Shown one piece after another: positions 18,862 through 28,536 of a stretch of DNA of 64,000 nucleotides (its first letter is position 1; each line of letters starts with the position of its first letter). The stretch is taken from assembly GCA_944389125.1 (NCBI GenBank), contig CALXLF010000004.1, positions 70,234-134,233 on the forward strand, in the 5' to 3' direction. The notes under the pieces are model-generated. The model saw only the letters and a program-made list of their open reading frames with translations, did not search any database and was not told the DNA's origin. The DNA comes from an uncultured Clostridia bacterium (lineage in GTDB: Bacteria > Bacillota > Clostridia > TANB77 > CAG-508). The position numbers and the translations under genes are program-made.

Positions 18862-19452
18862 TTACATATTTTTTATATATTCATAAATTTCATCCCAATT
18901 ATTACATCTATAAATATTCTCATTATTTACATCTCTATTATATGGCCAATCATAACAAATCATTCTTGTAATTTTTGATAAATCTCTTAAATTATATGGA
19001 GAATCATCAATCATTAAATCTATTTTTTTATCTTTAATAGCTTGGGATTTATCTTCTGTAGTAAAAATCAATTCATCATATATAATCTCATTTTTAGAAA
19101 GCCATTCTTTTACAGTATTTCTCATTTTATCTCTTAGTTCAATATTTGTTATATCAGGTCCAGCAGGCCATCTTGCTGTTATTATATATAAATTATTTCC
19201 ATCTTTTTTTAATTTCTTTATATTTTTAGATGCACCTTCTATAGCAGGATTTTCTGAAGCATATAAAAATATATACTTTGACCAAAATTCATCATCAGTT
19301 TTTTGATCCCATCCAAAAGCTTCTTTAGTATCATAAGCTGTATCTTTCACTAATTTTCCTTTTCCTGTTTCTTTGCAAAATTCTAATCCTTTTTCTTTTG
19401 CAAATTCAGCAATATTTGTTAAAACTCCATCTATATCTATTCCTATATTCAT
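18862..19452 (-). CDS. HAD-superfamily 5'(3')-deoxyribonucleotidase (NT5C-like)
   Basis: N-terminal IGIDIDGVL (HAD motif I); about 196 aa. Confidence 0.55.
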   Translation of the reverse strand: MNIGIDIDGVLTNIAEFAKEKGLEFCKETGKGKLVKDTAYDTKEAFGWDQKTDDEFWSKYIFLYASENPAIEGASKNIKKLKKDGNNLYIITARWPAGPDITNIELRDKMRNTVKEWLSKNEIIYDELIFTTEDKSQAIKDKKIDLMIDDSPYNLRDLSKITRMICYDWPYNRDVNNENIYRCNNWDEIYEYIKNM

Positions 19453-19462
19453 AAAACCTCCA

Positions 19463-20041
19463 TTAATTTATATAATTTTTTATTATCTCATATAATTTAT
19501 GTGTTGGTAATCCAACAATAGTTGAATAATTTCCTTCTATTTTATCAATAAAGACTCCAAATTCATCTTGAATTGCATAAGAACCTGCTTTATTCATTGC
19601 TTTTCCTGAATTAACCCATTTATCTATTTCATCATCTGAAATATCACCAAAATATACTTTTGCTTTATCATAAGTTTTAAACTCTTTTTCAATTTCTCCA
19701 TCTTTAATAAGAACACTTAAACCTGTAACAACATAATGAGCTTTATCTCCTTCTAAAAGCTCTTTTATCATTTGTTTAGCTTCTTCTTTACTTTTTGGTT
19801 TTCCAAAAATCTTATTATTTTTAACAACCATTGTATCAGAACCTATTACAATTCTATCCCAGTCTAAAGAATCATAAACATCTTTTGCTTTTAAATATGC
19901 TAATCTTGTTACTTGCTCTTCTGGTGTTAGTCCATCTAATAAAGTTTCATCTGCTTTGCTAACCATTACTTCAAATTTTGGAACAAACATACTTAATAAT
20001 TCTTTTCTTCTAGGTGATCCTGAAGCTAATATAATTCTCAT
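19463..20041 (-). CDS. maf: Maf-family nucleoside triphosphate pyrophosphatase
   Basis: MRIILASGSPRRKELL N-terminus; 192 aa. Confidence 0.85.
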   Translation of the reverse strand: MRIILASGSPRRKELLSMFVPKFEVMVSKADETLLDGLTPEEQVTRLAYLKAKDVYDSLDWDRIVIGSDTMVVKNNKIFGKPKSKEEAKQMIKELLEGDKAHYVVTGLSVLIKDGEIEKEFKTYDKAKVYFGDISDDEIDKWVNSGKAMNKAGSYAIQDEFGVFIDKIEGNYSTIVGLPTHKLYEIIKNYIN

Positions 20042-20061
20042 AATTTTTACCTCTTCTATAA

Positions 20062-20844
20062 CTATTTTTTATTAATTTCTAAAATATCTCTAACAACTTC
20101 TCCTGCTATAATAATACCTGCCACTGAAGGTACAAAGGAAATACTTCCTGGAACTCGTTTTTTAGTTTCTAAACTAGAATCTTCTTCACATATATTTTCT
20201 ATTGAATCCTTTAATTCAATAGGCGTTTCTTTGGAATAAATAACTTTTAATTTCTTTACTCCCCTATTTCTTAATTCTTTCCTCATTACTTTAGCAAGAG
20301 GACAAATTTCAGTTTTATAAATATCTGTTACCTCAAATTTTGTTGGATCTAATTTATTTCCAGTTCCCATACTAGAAATAATAGGAATGTTTAATTTTTG
20401 AGCTCTCAAAATAATCTCAATTTTTGCCGTAACAGTATCGACACAATCTATAACATAACTTACTGTATTATCAAAAATATCCTTGCTTTCAGGCATAAAA
20501 AATTCATTATATATCTCTATTTTAGCATTAGGATTAATTTCTAAAATTCTTTCTTTTGCAACTTCGACTTTGAGTTTTCCAATAGTTTTTGTAGTTGCAA
20601 TAATCTGCCTATTTATATTAGTTAAACTAATTTTATCGTTATCAACTAAAATAAAATTTCCTATTCCTGCTCTTGCTAATCCTTCAACTACATATGATCC
20701 TACTCCACCAATTCCAAATATACAGACTTTAGAATTTTTTAATTTTTCTATTCCTTCTTTTCCAATAAGTAATTCAGTTCTAGAAAACTGATCAAGCATT
20801 AAATCAACTCCTCTTAATTTAAAAACATTTATAAATATCAGCAT
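20062..20844 (-). CDS. tcdA: ThiF/MoeB-family E1-like enzyme, tRNA threonylcarbamoyladenosine dehydratase (TcdA/CsdL)-like
   Basis: IGGVGSYVVEGLARAGIGNFILVDNDKISLTNINRQ. Confidence 0.65.
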   Translation of the reverse strand: MLIFINVFKLRGVDLMLDQFSRTELLIGKEGIEKLKNSKVCIFGIGGVGSYVVEGLARAGIGNFILVDNDKISLTNINRQIIATTKTIGKLKVEVAKERILEINPNAKIEIYNEFFMPESKDIFDNTVSYVIDCVDTVTAKIEIILRAQKLNIPIISSMGTGNKLDPTKFEVTDIYKTEICPLAKVMRKELRNRGVKKLKVIYSKETPIELKDSIENICEEDSSLETKKRVPGSISFVPSVAGIIIAGEVVRDILEINKK

Positions 20845-21024
20845 ATAAACTTATATCATATCAATTTAATTTTTTCAATAGTTATCACGAAATTTTGTTT
20901 TATCTTATTGTAATAAGTTTAAAAAACTAAAGTATCAAATATATTGAAAATATTTTTCTAATATGATATATTAAATTCGAAAATAAAATTGTTACGAAAT
21001 TTACTTAAATGGGAGGATATTGAT

Positions 21025-21369
21025 ATGAAAAAAATAATAAGTAAAATAAAAAAAATATTTTTTTCAATAGGAATACTTTTTTTTGGTTTTCCTTTTAAAA
21101 TATTCGCAGCAAATTCCGAAAACATAGATTTAAATCAATTAATGAAACCTGATACCTCAGCTGCATTATATGCCCCTCCACGCTCTTCTTCAAATAGAAA
21201 AGTAGTGGGATTTTTTATTATTCCAATAATATTATTAATAGGACTTATTATTTCTTTCAAAAAAAGTAAAAATAGTAAAACAAAAAAGAAAATATTATTG
21301 TTAATACTTATTTATTTAGTACTAGTAATATTGCTTTATTTTATATTAAGATTAAATAATATATTATAA
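21025..21369 (+). CDS. Small membrane peptide (signal-like N-terminal TM, Pro/Ser linker with QL..P...Y.PP, TM, KKSK patch, TM); paralog of 22493..22833
   Basis: GGGAGGA RBS before MKKIISK. Hydrophobic segments are present. It is paired with the downstream radical SAM gene (24-nt gap). Confidence 0.5.
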   Translation: MKKIISKIKKIFFSIGILFFGFPFKIFAANSENIDLNQLMKPDTSAALYAPPRSSSNRKVVGFFIIPIILLIGLIISFKKSKNSKTKKKILLLILIYLVLVILLYFILRLNNIL

Positions 21370-21392
21370 AAAGGAGAATAATTTATAAAAAT

Positions 21393-22481
21393 ATGTTCAA
21401 AAAAATTTACAAATTAGGTGAATTAACATTACTTAAAAATTTCAAAGATCAAGAAAGACTAAATCATACATTACTAGACTTATTTTGGGAATGTACGTTA
21501 ACATGTAATGCAAAATGCAAACATTGTGGTAGTAGTGCTGAAAAAAAGAAATATGATGGAGAATTGTCTACTGAAGAAATAAAAAATGCTTTCAAACAAA
21601 TCGCAAATGATATGGATACAAGTAAAATCTTTATAAATGTAACTGGTGGAGAACCTTTAGTTAGAAAAGATTTGTGTGAAGTAATGGAATATGCTACTAA
21701 TGAATTAGGATTTCATTGGGGTATGACATCAAATGGAATTTTATTAAATGATGAAAATATTGAAAAATTAAAAAAAGCAAATATGGAAACAATTTCAATA
21801 AGTATAGATGGGTTAGAAGAAACTCATGATAAATTTAGAGGTGTTCCAGGATCATATAAAACAATTATTAACAATATAAAGAAATTAAAAAGTGCTAATT
21901 TTGTTAAAAAAATTCAAGTTACTACGGTTTTCCATAAAGATAACATAAATCAGATTGACCAATTATATAATGTAATGCTTGGATTAAATTTAGATTCCTG
22001 GAGATTAGTTTCAATGGATCCAATTGGTAGAGCCAATGAAAATGATGATTTATTACTTGATGGAAAGGAAATTAAACATTTACTTGATTTTATAAAATCC
22101 AAGAAAAAAAATAAAAAAATGGAATTAACTTATGGATGTCCTGGATTCTTAGGTTTGGACTACGAAAAAGAAGTTAGACAAAATTATTTTTATTGTAATA
22201 CAGGTATAAATGTAGCTAGTATATTATATAATGGAGATTTATTTGTATGTCCAAATGTACCTAGAAGAAAAGAATTAATACAAGGAAATATTAGAAAAGA
22301 TAACTTTAAAGATGTATGGGATAATAAATATGAAATATTCAGAAATAAAGACAGAACTAAATGCGAAAAATGTATAAACTGTGAAAATTGGGAATACTGC
22401 CTAGGTGGAGCTTTTCATACATGGGATTTTGATAATAATATTCAAAATAAATGCACTTATAATATGATTTATAATAAATAG
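21393..22481 (+). CDS. Radical SAM enzyme with a C-terminal SPASM domain (7 Cys), anSME/peptide-maturase-like
   Basis: CNAKCKHC (Cx3Cx2C) near the N-terminus. The C-terminal region has GCPG..YCNTG..VCPN..KCEKCINCENWEYC. Confidence 0.75.
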   Translation: MFKKIYKLGELTLLKNFKDQERLNHTLLDLFWECTLTCNAKCKHCGSSAEKKKYDGELSTEEIKNAFKQIANDMDTSKIFINVTGGEPLVRKDLCEVMEYATNELGFHWGMTSNGILLNDENIEKLKKANMETISISIDGLEETHDKFRGVPGSYKTIINNIKKLKSANFVKKIQVTTVFHKDNINQIDQLYNVMLGLNLDSWRLVSMDPIGRANENDDLLLDGKEIKHLLDFIKSKKKNKKMELTYGCPGFLGLDYEKEVRQNYFYCNTGINVASILYNGDLFVCPNVPRRKELIQGNIRKDNFKDVWDNKYEIFRNKDRTKCEKCINCENWEYCLGGAFHTWDFDNNIQNKCTYNMIYNK

Positions 22482-22492
22482 GAGAATTTCAA

Positions 22493-22833
22493 ATGAAAAA
22501 AATAATAAGTAAATTAAAAAAGATTGCAATATTAATAGGAATATTTTTTATTACTTTTCCATCAAAAATATTTGCAACACCAGTTAATTTGGAACAATTA
22601 TATGGGCCACCATCTCCAAAAAATTCTTCAGCATCTCCATATTCTCCCCTTTATCAATATGGAAAATAACAAGAAACTTTGTTATTCCAATAGCTTTTAT
22701 AATAGGAATTGTTATTTATTTCAAAAAAAGTAAAAGCAGTAAACTCGTAAAAATATTAATATCTATTATAGCTTTAGAAGTTTTAGTACTTATTTGTTTA
22801 GGATTAAATTACCTTTTTACAAAAAGATACTAA
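22493..22833 (+). pseudogene. Second copy of the small membrane peptide, split by a -1 indel in a C4 homopolymer at 22646..22649 (an ordinary homopolymer-type frameshift, unlike the C-GGN events)
   Basis: Frame 1 gives MKKIISKLKKIAILIGIFFITFPSKIFA...SASPYSP and frame 3 continues LSIWKITRNFVIPIAFIIGIVIYFKKSKSSK...; one extra C would fuse them. Confidence 0.6.
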
Positions 22834-22936
22834 AAAGTACCATATTCACAAATTCTACCAAAAGTAGATTGCTAAAAATCGCTTTAAATGATAAAATTTT
22901 ATAGTAAATTATATTAAGAAAAGAGATTTAAGTTTT

Positions 22937-24427
22937 ATGACTAATGAAGAATTTGGAAAATTAATCAAAAATTTAAGACAAATAAATAAAATGACTCAAA
23001 AAGAGTTAGGTGAAAAATTACATATTACTGATAAAGCCATTTCAAAATGGGAACGTGGAATAAGCCTTCCTGATCTTGAAATGATAAATTCTATTGCAGA
23101 AGTTTTTAAAGTTCCAGTTTCTACTTTAATAGATAATGACATTAATAATAATGTTCAAACCAAAGAAAAAGAAACTCCTTCAAAACATTCTGCTTTAAAA
23201 AATAATGATACACTTATTGCTATAATTTGTGGAATTTTTATTATAGTAATAATTTTAATAATTTTATTTGGAATCAATATAAATAATAAAAATGCAGAAG
23301 TAACATCTGAAGATTTAGCTGAAGTTATCGTTGGAACAGATATTGCAAATCCTGATAGAATTATATATAAAGATTCTAATAACAATTATTATGAGTTTTT
23401 GAATGGAACCGAAAAGTATTCTAATATAAAAGGTCTTCTTCAAAAATCTATTACAAGTTATACAGATTCAGGTGAATATTTAACTGATGAAGAGATAGAT
23501 GAAATTCATAATAATACTTCATTTATTGAATTTGATTATAATACTATAAGTAAAAATTATATTATTCAATTATCTGACAATAGTAATAGAGCAGTTATAA
23601 GATTAGCTGATTCAGGAGGCAAAGTTTGTACAAAAGAAATTTCAAATTTAGATAAAATTAAAAGTACTTTAACCTCTTTAACCTCTGATGAAACTCCATA
23701 CAAATTAGATTATTATGAACTAACCTCTGAAAACTTTTTAGATAATATAAAAATAAATTCATCTTTAAAAGAAATTAGCCAAAATATTTACCAAGTAAAA
23801 ATTGATAATTTAGAAAGTTATGAAGAGTATGCTAAATTATATGATATAAAAATTAATCAAAATATTGATAATGAAACTTTTAATAATTATGACATAATTC
23901 TAACTTTAGCAATTGATTATGATATTTCAGTAAAAGTAAATCTTGGAAATATTAGATATACATATAATGCTTTAAACTCTGAAAACCGAGAATTTATAGC
24001 TCATTTATTAATAGTAAGTAAAATAGTAAATACAGATTGTATATATAATACTATTTCTACAGAATCAAATTATATATATGAAAATCTAGATCCAGAAATT
24101 TTTGTAACAAATTTAGATAACTTCTTTAAAAAATATGATTTAGCTTCATCACAAATTTCAGAAGATCAAGCATTTATAGTCTCACAAAGAGCTTTAACAT
24201 ATGCTTCTGCAAGTCTTCTTTATGATTCAGCTACAACCTTTATTAAAGAAGAGTCTGTACCCCCTAATGATTATTTCTCAAAGAATCTAGCTAAAGGTTT
24301 AGAAAATAATTCTAGAACTATTGATGTTTACGCTGTATATTATGAAGATGAGTATGGAAATGGACTTATAATTTATGTTGATAAAAAATTGGGTATGGTC
24401 ATAGGTGGAGATGAATATGGAATATAA
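22937..24427 (+). CDS. Membrane-anchored XRE-family HTH regulator with a large extracytoplasmic C-terminal domain
   Basis: N-terminal HTH_XRE (TQKELGEKLHITDKAISKWERG), one TM segment, then a 380-aa C-terminal domain. Confidence 0.6.
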   Translation: MTNEEFGKLIKNLRQINKMTQKELGEKLHITDKAISKWERGISLPDLEMINSIAEVFKVPVSTLIDNDINNNVQTKEKETPSKHSALKNNDTLIAIICGIFIIVIILIILFGININNKNAEVTSEDLAEVIVGTDIANPDRIIYKDSNNNYYEFLNGTEKYSNIKGLLQKSITSYTDSGEYLTDEEIDEIHNNTSFIEFDYNTISKNYIIQLSDNSNRAVIRLADSGGKVCTKEISNLDKIKSTLTSLTSDETPYKLDYYELTSENFLDNIKINSSLKEISQNIYQVKIDNLESYEEYAKLYDIKINQNIDNETFNNYDIILTLAIDYDISVKVNLGNIRYTYNALNSENREFIAHLLIVSKIVNTDCIYNTISTESNYIYENLDPEIFVTNLDNFFKKYDLASSQISEDQAFIVSQRALTYASASLLYDSATTFIKEESVPPNDYFSKNLAKGLENNSRTIDVYAVYYEDEYGNGLIIYVDKKLGMVIGGDEYGI

Positions 24428-24474
24428 AAAAATAACCTATTTGAAACTCTAAAATTTCAAATAGGTTATTTTTA

Positions 24475-25515
24475 TTATCTTATTTTAAGATTTGACATTA
24501 ATTCCTTTGCATATTCTAAAGTCATACCTTTAGCAGTTGACATTCTTCCTTCTTTAAGTCTAATAAAATTTGAGTCTGTAATTGAAATACCTCCACAATA
24601 AGATAAACATGTACCTTTTGCTAAATAAGCTTCAAGTTCTTCATCAGAAATATCATTAACACTTAATCTCGCAATATCTGTAACATTTATACTTTGAAGT
24701 ATTTTATCTTTTTCAGCAAGTAAAACTGAATTTCCTGTATATGCATATACATCTTCTGAGCCTCGCATACTACTAATAAGTTTACGTGCATCTTCAATCG
24801 TTTTTGGCTTCCCATACATAACATTATCAAATACTATATTTTGATCAGCTGCAACTATAAGACGTAATCCCCTATCTTTAGTTTTTTCAAAAATAACTTG
24901 AGATTTACGACTAGAAATTTCAGCTAATTGATTTTTAAAAGTTTTAGAAGTATCAGGTGTTTCATCTGCGTCGCTGACCATTATCTCAAAAGGAATACTT
25001 GCATCAATAAGTTGTTGTTTACGTACTTTAGACTTAGAAGCTAAAATTACACGAGGAAAATTCTTTACAATTTCTTTAAATGGCTCTATCAAATCTTCTG
25101 GTTTATCATAAAAAATAATCTTAGTTGCAATATTTGCCATTGTAGTAGAAATATCACTATTTTTCTTAGCAATAACATAAATCGGTTTTCCTGCAGCATA
25201 GCAAAAGCCGCCATTCATACCAAGTCCAACACCTTTTTCACTAAATTCAATTATATTACAATCGCATTGCATCATTGCTGGAAATGCATAATCTCTCATT
25301 AAAGATTTCCCTTCTGGAATATGTGCCTTCCCCCATTTTTCAACATCACGCGCCATTAAAGTAATTTCTATTCCTGCTTTATTTAAAGCATTTTCAATTG
25401 CTTCAACTTTTGCTTTATCTTCTTCACCATCATGAAATTTTAATGCAAAAAATGAATGCAATGTTCCTGCTTTTCTTTCATAAGAAATTTTAGCTTTTTG
25501 TGCTATTTCTGACAT
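24475..25515 (-). CDS. Maf-like pyrophosphatase domain (SKSKVRKQ instead of SGSPRRKE) fused to an N-terminal ~160-aa Rossmann-like (possibly nucleoside 2-deoxyribosyltransferase/LOG-like) domain
   Basis: The C-terminal half aligns with Maf (ILASKSKVRKQQLIDASIPFEIMVSDADE, RLIVAADQNIVFDNVMYGKP). The N-terminal domain assignment is tentative. Confidence 0.5.
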   Translation of the reverse strand: MSEIAQKAKISYERKAGTLHSFFALKFHDGEEDKAKVEAIENALNKAGIEITLMARDVEKWGKAHIPEGKSLMRDYAFPAMMQCDCNIIEFSEKGVGLGMNGGFCYAAGKPIYVIAKKNSDISTTMANIATKIIFYDKPEDLIEPFKEIVKNFPRVILASKSKVRKQQLIDASIPFEIMVSDADETPDTSKTFKNQLAEISSRKSQVIFEKTKDRGLRLIVAADQNIVFDNVMYGKPKTIEDARKLISSMRGSEDVYAYTGNSVLLAEKDKILQSINVTDIARLSVNDISDEELEAYLAKGTCLSYCGGISITDSNFIRLKEGRMSTAKGMTLEYAKELMSNLKIR

Positions 25516-25563
25516 AAATTTACCTCCTTAAAAACATATATTAATTAATCTATCTATTATTGT

Positions 25564-25842
25564 TTACAAAACACTATTTGATTTACTTATAATTTCTCTA
25601 ACAACAGGATCTACTGTGTCTTTATTTGTTTCAATACTAATGTTATCATCTTCTGAGACTTTTAATAATATAATTTTTGATTGATCTGTAACAGCATTGT
25701 TTTCATTTATAATTTTATATGGTGCAACTAAAAGATATTGCTCATTATTTTTTACAGTTTCACCAATAACAATAACTGTATCAATTTTATCATTTTCAAA
25801 CTTTAAAATACTTCCTTTTTTATACTTATCACTTATAGCCAT
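25564..25842 (-). CDS. Hypothetical small protein
   Basis: Intact ORF, last gene of a three-gene minus-strand unit. Confidence 0.35.
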   Translation of the reverse strand: MAISDKYKKGSILKFENDKIDTVIVIGETVKNNEQYLLVAPYKIINENNAVTDQSKIILLKVSEDDNISIETNKDTVDPVVREIISKSNSVL

Positions 25843-25848
25843 AATCTT

Positions 25849-26334
25849 TTACCCTTTCTTTGAAAATATTGATTTTATTTTATTAATAATTTTAGTAATA
25901 ATTGATTCTTTTTCAACTTTTACCAATGCTGTATTATCATTATTATTTACCTGTTCCATAGGTTTAACAATATTAGTCTTTGACTTAGGATTATCAAATA
26001 ATTTATTATATGAATATTTTTCTCTTTTTTCTTCTTCTTCTTTTTTTAGTTTTTCTTCATAATTATTTATATTTTTATTAACTAATTCTCTTTCCTCAGG
26101 AGTTGCAATAGAATAAAAAATATAAACAATACTATCTTTTGTTTTTTGTAAAATATTCTGTTCATTTAAAGTTTTTGTTTTATCATAAACAAATTTATAT
26201 TGTCCATTATAAGACTCAACCAAATTTTTAATTTTATCAGGTATTTTATTATATAAATCAGGCTCTAAATACTTAAAAATTTCTTTAAGTTCCATAAGCA
26301 TTCTATCTTCTTCTTTAGTAACTTGATATACCAT
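25849..26334 (-). CDS. Hypothetical protein
   Basis: Intact ORF, 6-nt spacing to its neighbours. Confidence 0.35.
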   Translation of the reverse strand: MVYQVTKEEDRMLMELKEIFKYLEPDLYNKIPDKIKNLVESYNGQYKFVYDKTKTLNEQNILQKTKDSIVYIFYSIATPEERELVNKNINNYEEKLKKEEEEKREKYSYNKLFDNPKSKTNIVKPMEQVNNNDNTALVKVEKESIITKIINKIKSIFSKKG

Positions 26335-26355
26335 AACTTTTTTCCTCCATATCTA

Positions 26356-27699
26356 TTATTTATCTCCTGGTTCATTATTACCATAAACAGTATGTCCATA
26401 TATAGAAATTTCACCTAGATCTTGATGATTTGCTAATCTTTTAACAATTTCAGCAACAGCAAATATATTCTTTTTAGTCGTTTCTGTATTAACAATTTCA
26501 TCTGCTGATATTGTAAATTCACCTTCACCTACTTGGTGACCTTCTGTTAATTGAAGATCTGTATCATAATCAACTGAAATATAATATGTATCTGATTTTT
26601 CCCATATTTTTACAGGCTTACCAAAAAGTTCAGTATCTATAACATAACTTTTTTCTGTAGTCCCTGCTTCTGGAGATGTTTCTTCGAATAATACTTCTGG
26701 TGTTTCAAGTGTTCCAATACTTGCTGAAATAGATAAAACATCTCTTTGTAAATTTTGCATTGCAATTCCATATTCTGAAACTTCTAATTTTGCAACAGCT
26801 TCTTCATAAGCAGTTCTATCGTCTCCACCATTTCTATTAAAAGCATCAATTGAATCTTGATTATACATTAAAAATAGATCCATATTTCCTTCATATATAC
26901 CTAATTGAGCATCTTTTGCTGCTTGAATTTTTTTAAGTGCTTCTTGCTTTTGAGCATCAGTAGCGTTTTCATCTTGTATAACTTGAGTAGCTTCATTAAT
27001 AATTTGTTGCTGTTCATCAAAACTTTTTGTAATTTCTTCAATTCTCTCTTCTTCACTGACTCTTGACTCATCTGTAGAGTTTTCAAAATACTCACGAATT
27101 CCTTCATATGATCCATTATTTTCAGCTAAATATTCAGCTCTTTGATGTTTTATAAGAATACCAGGATTTTCTATTACAGAAGAAGGAATTTGTACATCTT
27201 GATCTCCTATTCTTATTGATATTATATCTGATGCTTCATTAGTAACTGTATAATCACTAGGTGTAACAGTTTTTTCATTAACTGATATTTTAGTTGTTGC
27301 TATAGCAGATATTAGCAAAGCAGCAGCTAGAGCAGCAGTTCCAATTTTTACAGCTTTTCCTAGCCATGCAGGTGCTTTTTTCTTTTCTTCCTCTTTTTCC
27401 TCATCATCTTTCTTAGCTTCATCAGATGTAGTTTCAATTTCACTTTCTGAATATCCTACTGGTTCTTCTATTTCTGTAGAATCTTCTTTTGCTTTTCCTG
27501 ACTCAATTGGTTTACCCTTTGTTTCTTCAGGTTTACCTTCTGTTTCATGACCTATTTCTTCAACTAAATCTTCCCCATTATCTATAACCATTGCAACAAT
27601 TTGGTCTATTGTTGCACCTTCAGGTATTTTACCATGTATAATAAATTTTGTTCCAACTTTTCTTTTTTTGGCATCATCAATAATATGACCTTTTTTCAT
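26356..27699 (-). CDS. Hypothetical single-pass membrane protein with an acidic N-terminal region and a large extracytoplasmic domain
   Basis: TM segment around aa 110-135; no recognisable motifs. Confidence 0.4.
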   Translation of the reverse strand: MKKGHIIDDAKKRKVGTKFIIHGKIPEGATIDQIVAMVIDNGEDLVEEIGHETEGKPEETKGKPIESGKAKEDSTEIEEPVGYSESEIETTSDEAKKDDEEKEEEKKKAPAWLGKAVKIGTAALAAALLISAIATTKISVNEKTVTPSDYTVTNEASDIISIRIGDQDVQIPSSVIENPGILIKHQRAEYLAENNGSYEGIREYFENSTDESRVSEEERIEEITKSFDEQQQIINEATQVIQDENATDAQKQEALKKIQAAKDAQLGIYEGNMDLFLMYNQDSIDAFNRNGGDDRTAYEEAVAKLEVSEYGIAMQNLQRDVLSISASIGTLETPEVLFEETSPEAGTTEKSYVIDTELFGKPVKIWEKSDTYYISVDYDTDLQLTEGHQVGEGEFTISADEIVNTETTKKNIFAVAEIVKRLANHQDLGEISIYGHTVYGNNEPGDK

Positions 27700-27826
27700 T
27701 TGTTTCCTCCTAATAAAACATTACACAATTATTTTATACTATAAAATTTTTAAAATCAATAAAAATTTTAATAAAAAAAAGACACACAATTTCAAGATTA
27801 AAAATTTGTGCATCTTTTACTAAAAT

Positions 27827-28315
27827 TTAAAACTCTACAACATTAACTATATTTCCATGTTTTTTTATAATATTTATTAAATCATCAGTTTTTATCCAAA
27901 CCGTTGCTGTATTATCATTAGGATGAACTCCTATAATTCCTGGAGAATCTTTAAAATCTTTATCTATATAAATTTGAACTTTTTTCTCGCTATCATTTAA
28001 AATTCCAAAAGGAGTTACAGCTCCAGGAATTAACCCCATAATATTCATCAAATCATTTTCTGAAGCAAAACTTAAACGTCTTGTTCCATATTTTTCTTTA
28101 AATTCTTTTAAATCAACTCTTTTATCACCTTTAACAGTTATAAGATAATAATTTTTCTTTTTATCATCTCTTACAAAAAGATTTTTTGCATCAGCTTCAG
28201 GATAAGGAAGTTCAACAGAAGCAAGTTCTTCCATATTATATACTGCTTTATGTTCAGTTACTTCAAACCAGATATTTTCTTTTTTCATATATTCATAAAT
28301 ATCATTTTTATTCAA
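27827..28315 (-). CDS. YbaK/ProX-family aminoacyl-tRNA deacylase
   Basis: About 160 aa; motifs GLIPGAVTPFG and ITVKGDKRVDL. Confidence 0.6.
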   Translation of the reverse strand: MNKNDIYEYMKKENIWFEVTEHKAVYNMEELASVELPYPEADAKNLFVRDDKKKNYYLITVKGDKRVDLKEFKEKYGTRRLSFASENDLMNIMGLIPGAVTPFGILNDSEKKVQIYIDKDFKDSPGIIGVHPNDNTATVWIKTDDLINIIKKHGNIVNVVEF

Positions 28316-28536
28316 AAAAATCCTCCCTATTTAAGACAGATATAATAAAAAAGAAACTCTTAATTATCTTTTTTAACAAAATGTAAAAATTTTAAATAAG
28401 TATACTATATTTTTTATGAAATGTATAGAGTTAAAATTTAAAAATTTTAATTTATGATTTATAAAAACAAAGCGGGCCAGTCGGAGCTGACCCTTCTTTG
28501 TTCCAGGACGTACACAGCTTGTCCCGGCATGGTAAC

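Noticed and set aside
20989-21024. Longer TTG-initiated version of the small peptide gene (MLRNLLKWEDID...)
   Set aside because: A strong GGGAGGA RBS is correctly spaced for the ATG at 21025, and the paralog at 22493 starts with the same MKKIISK.
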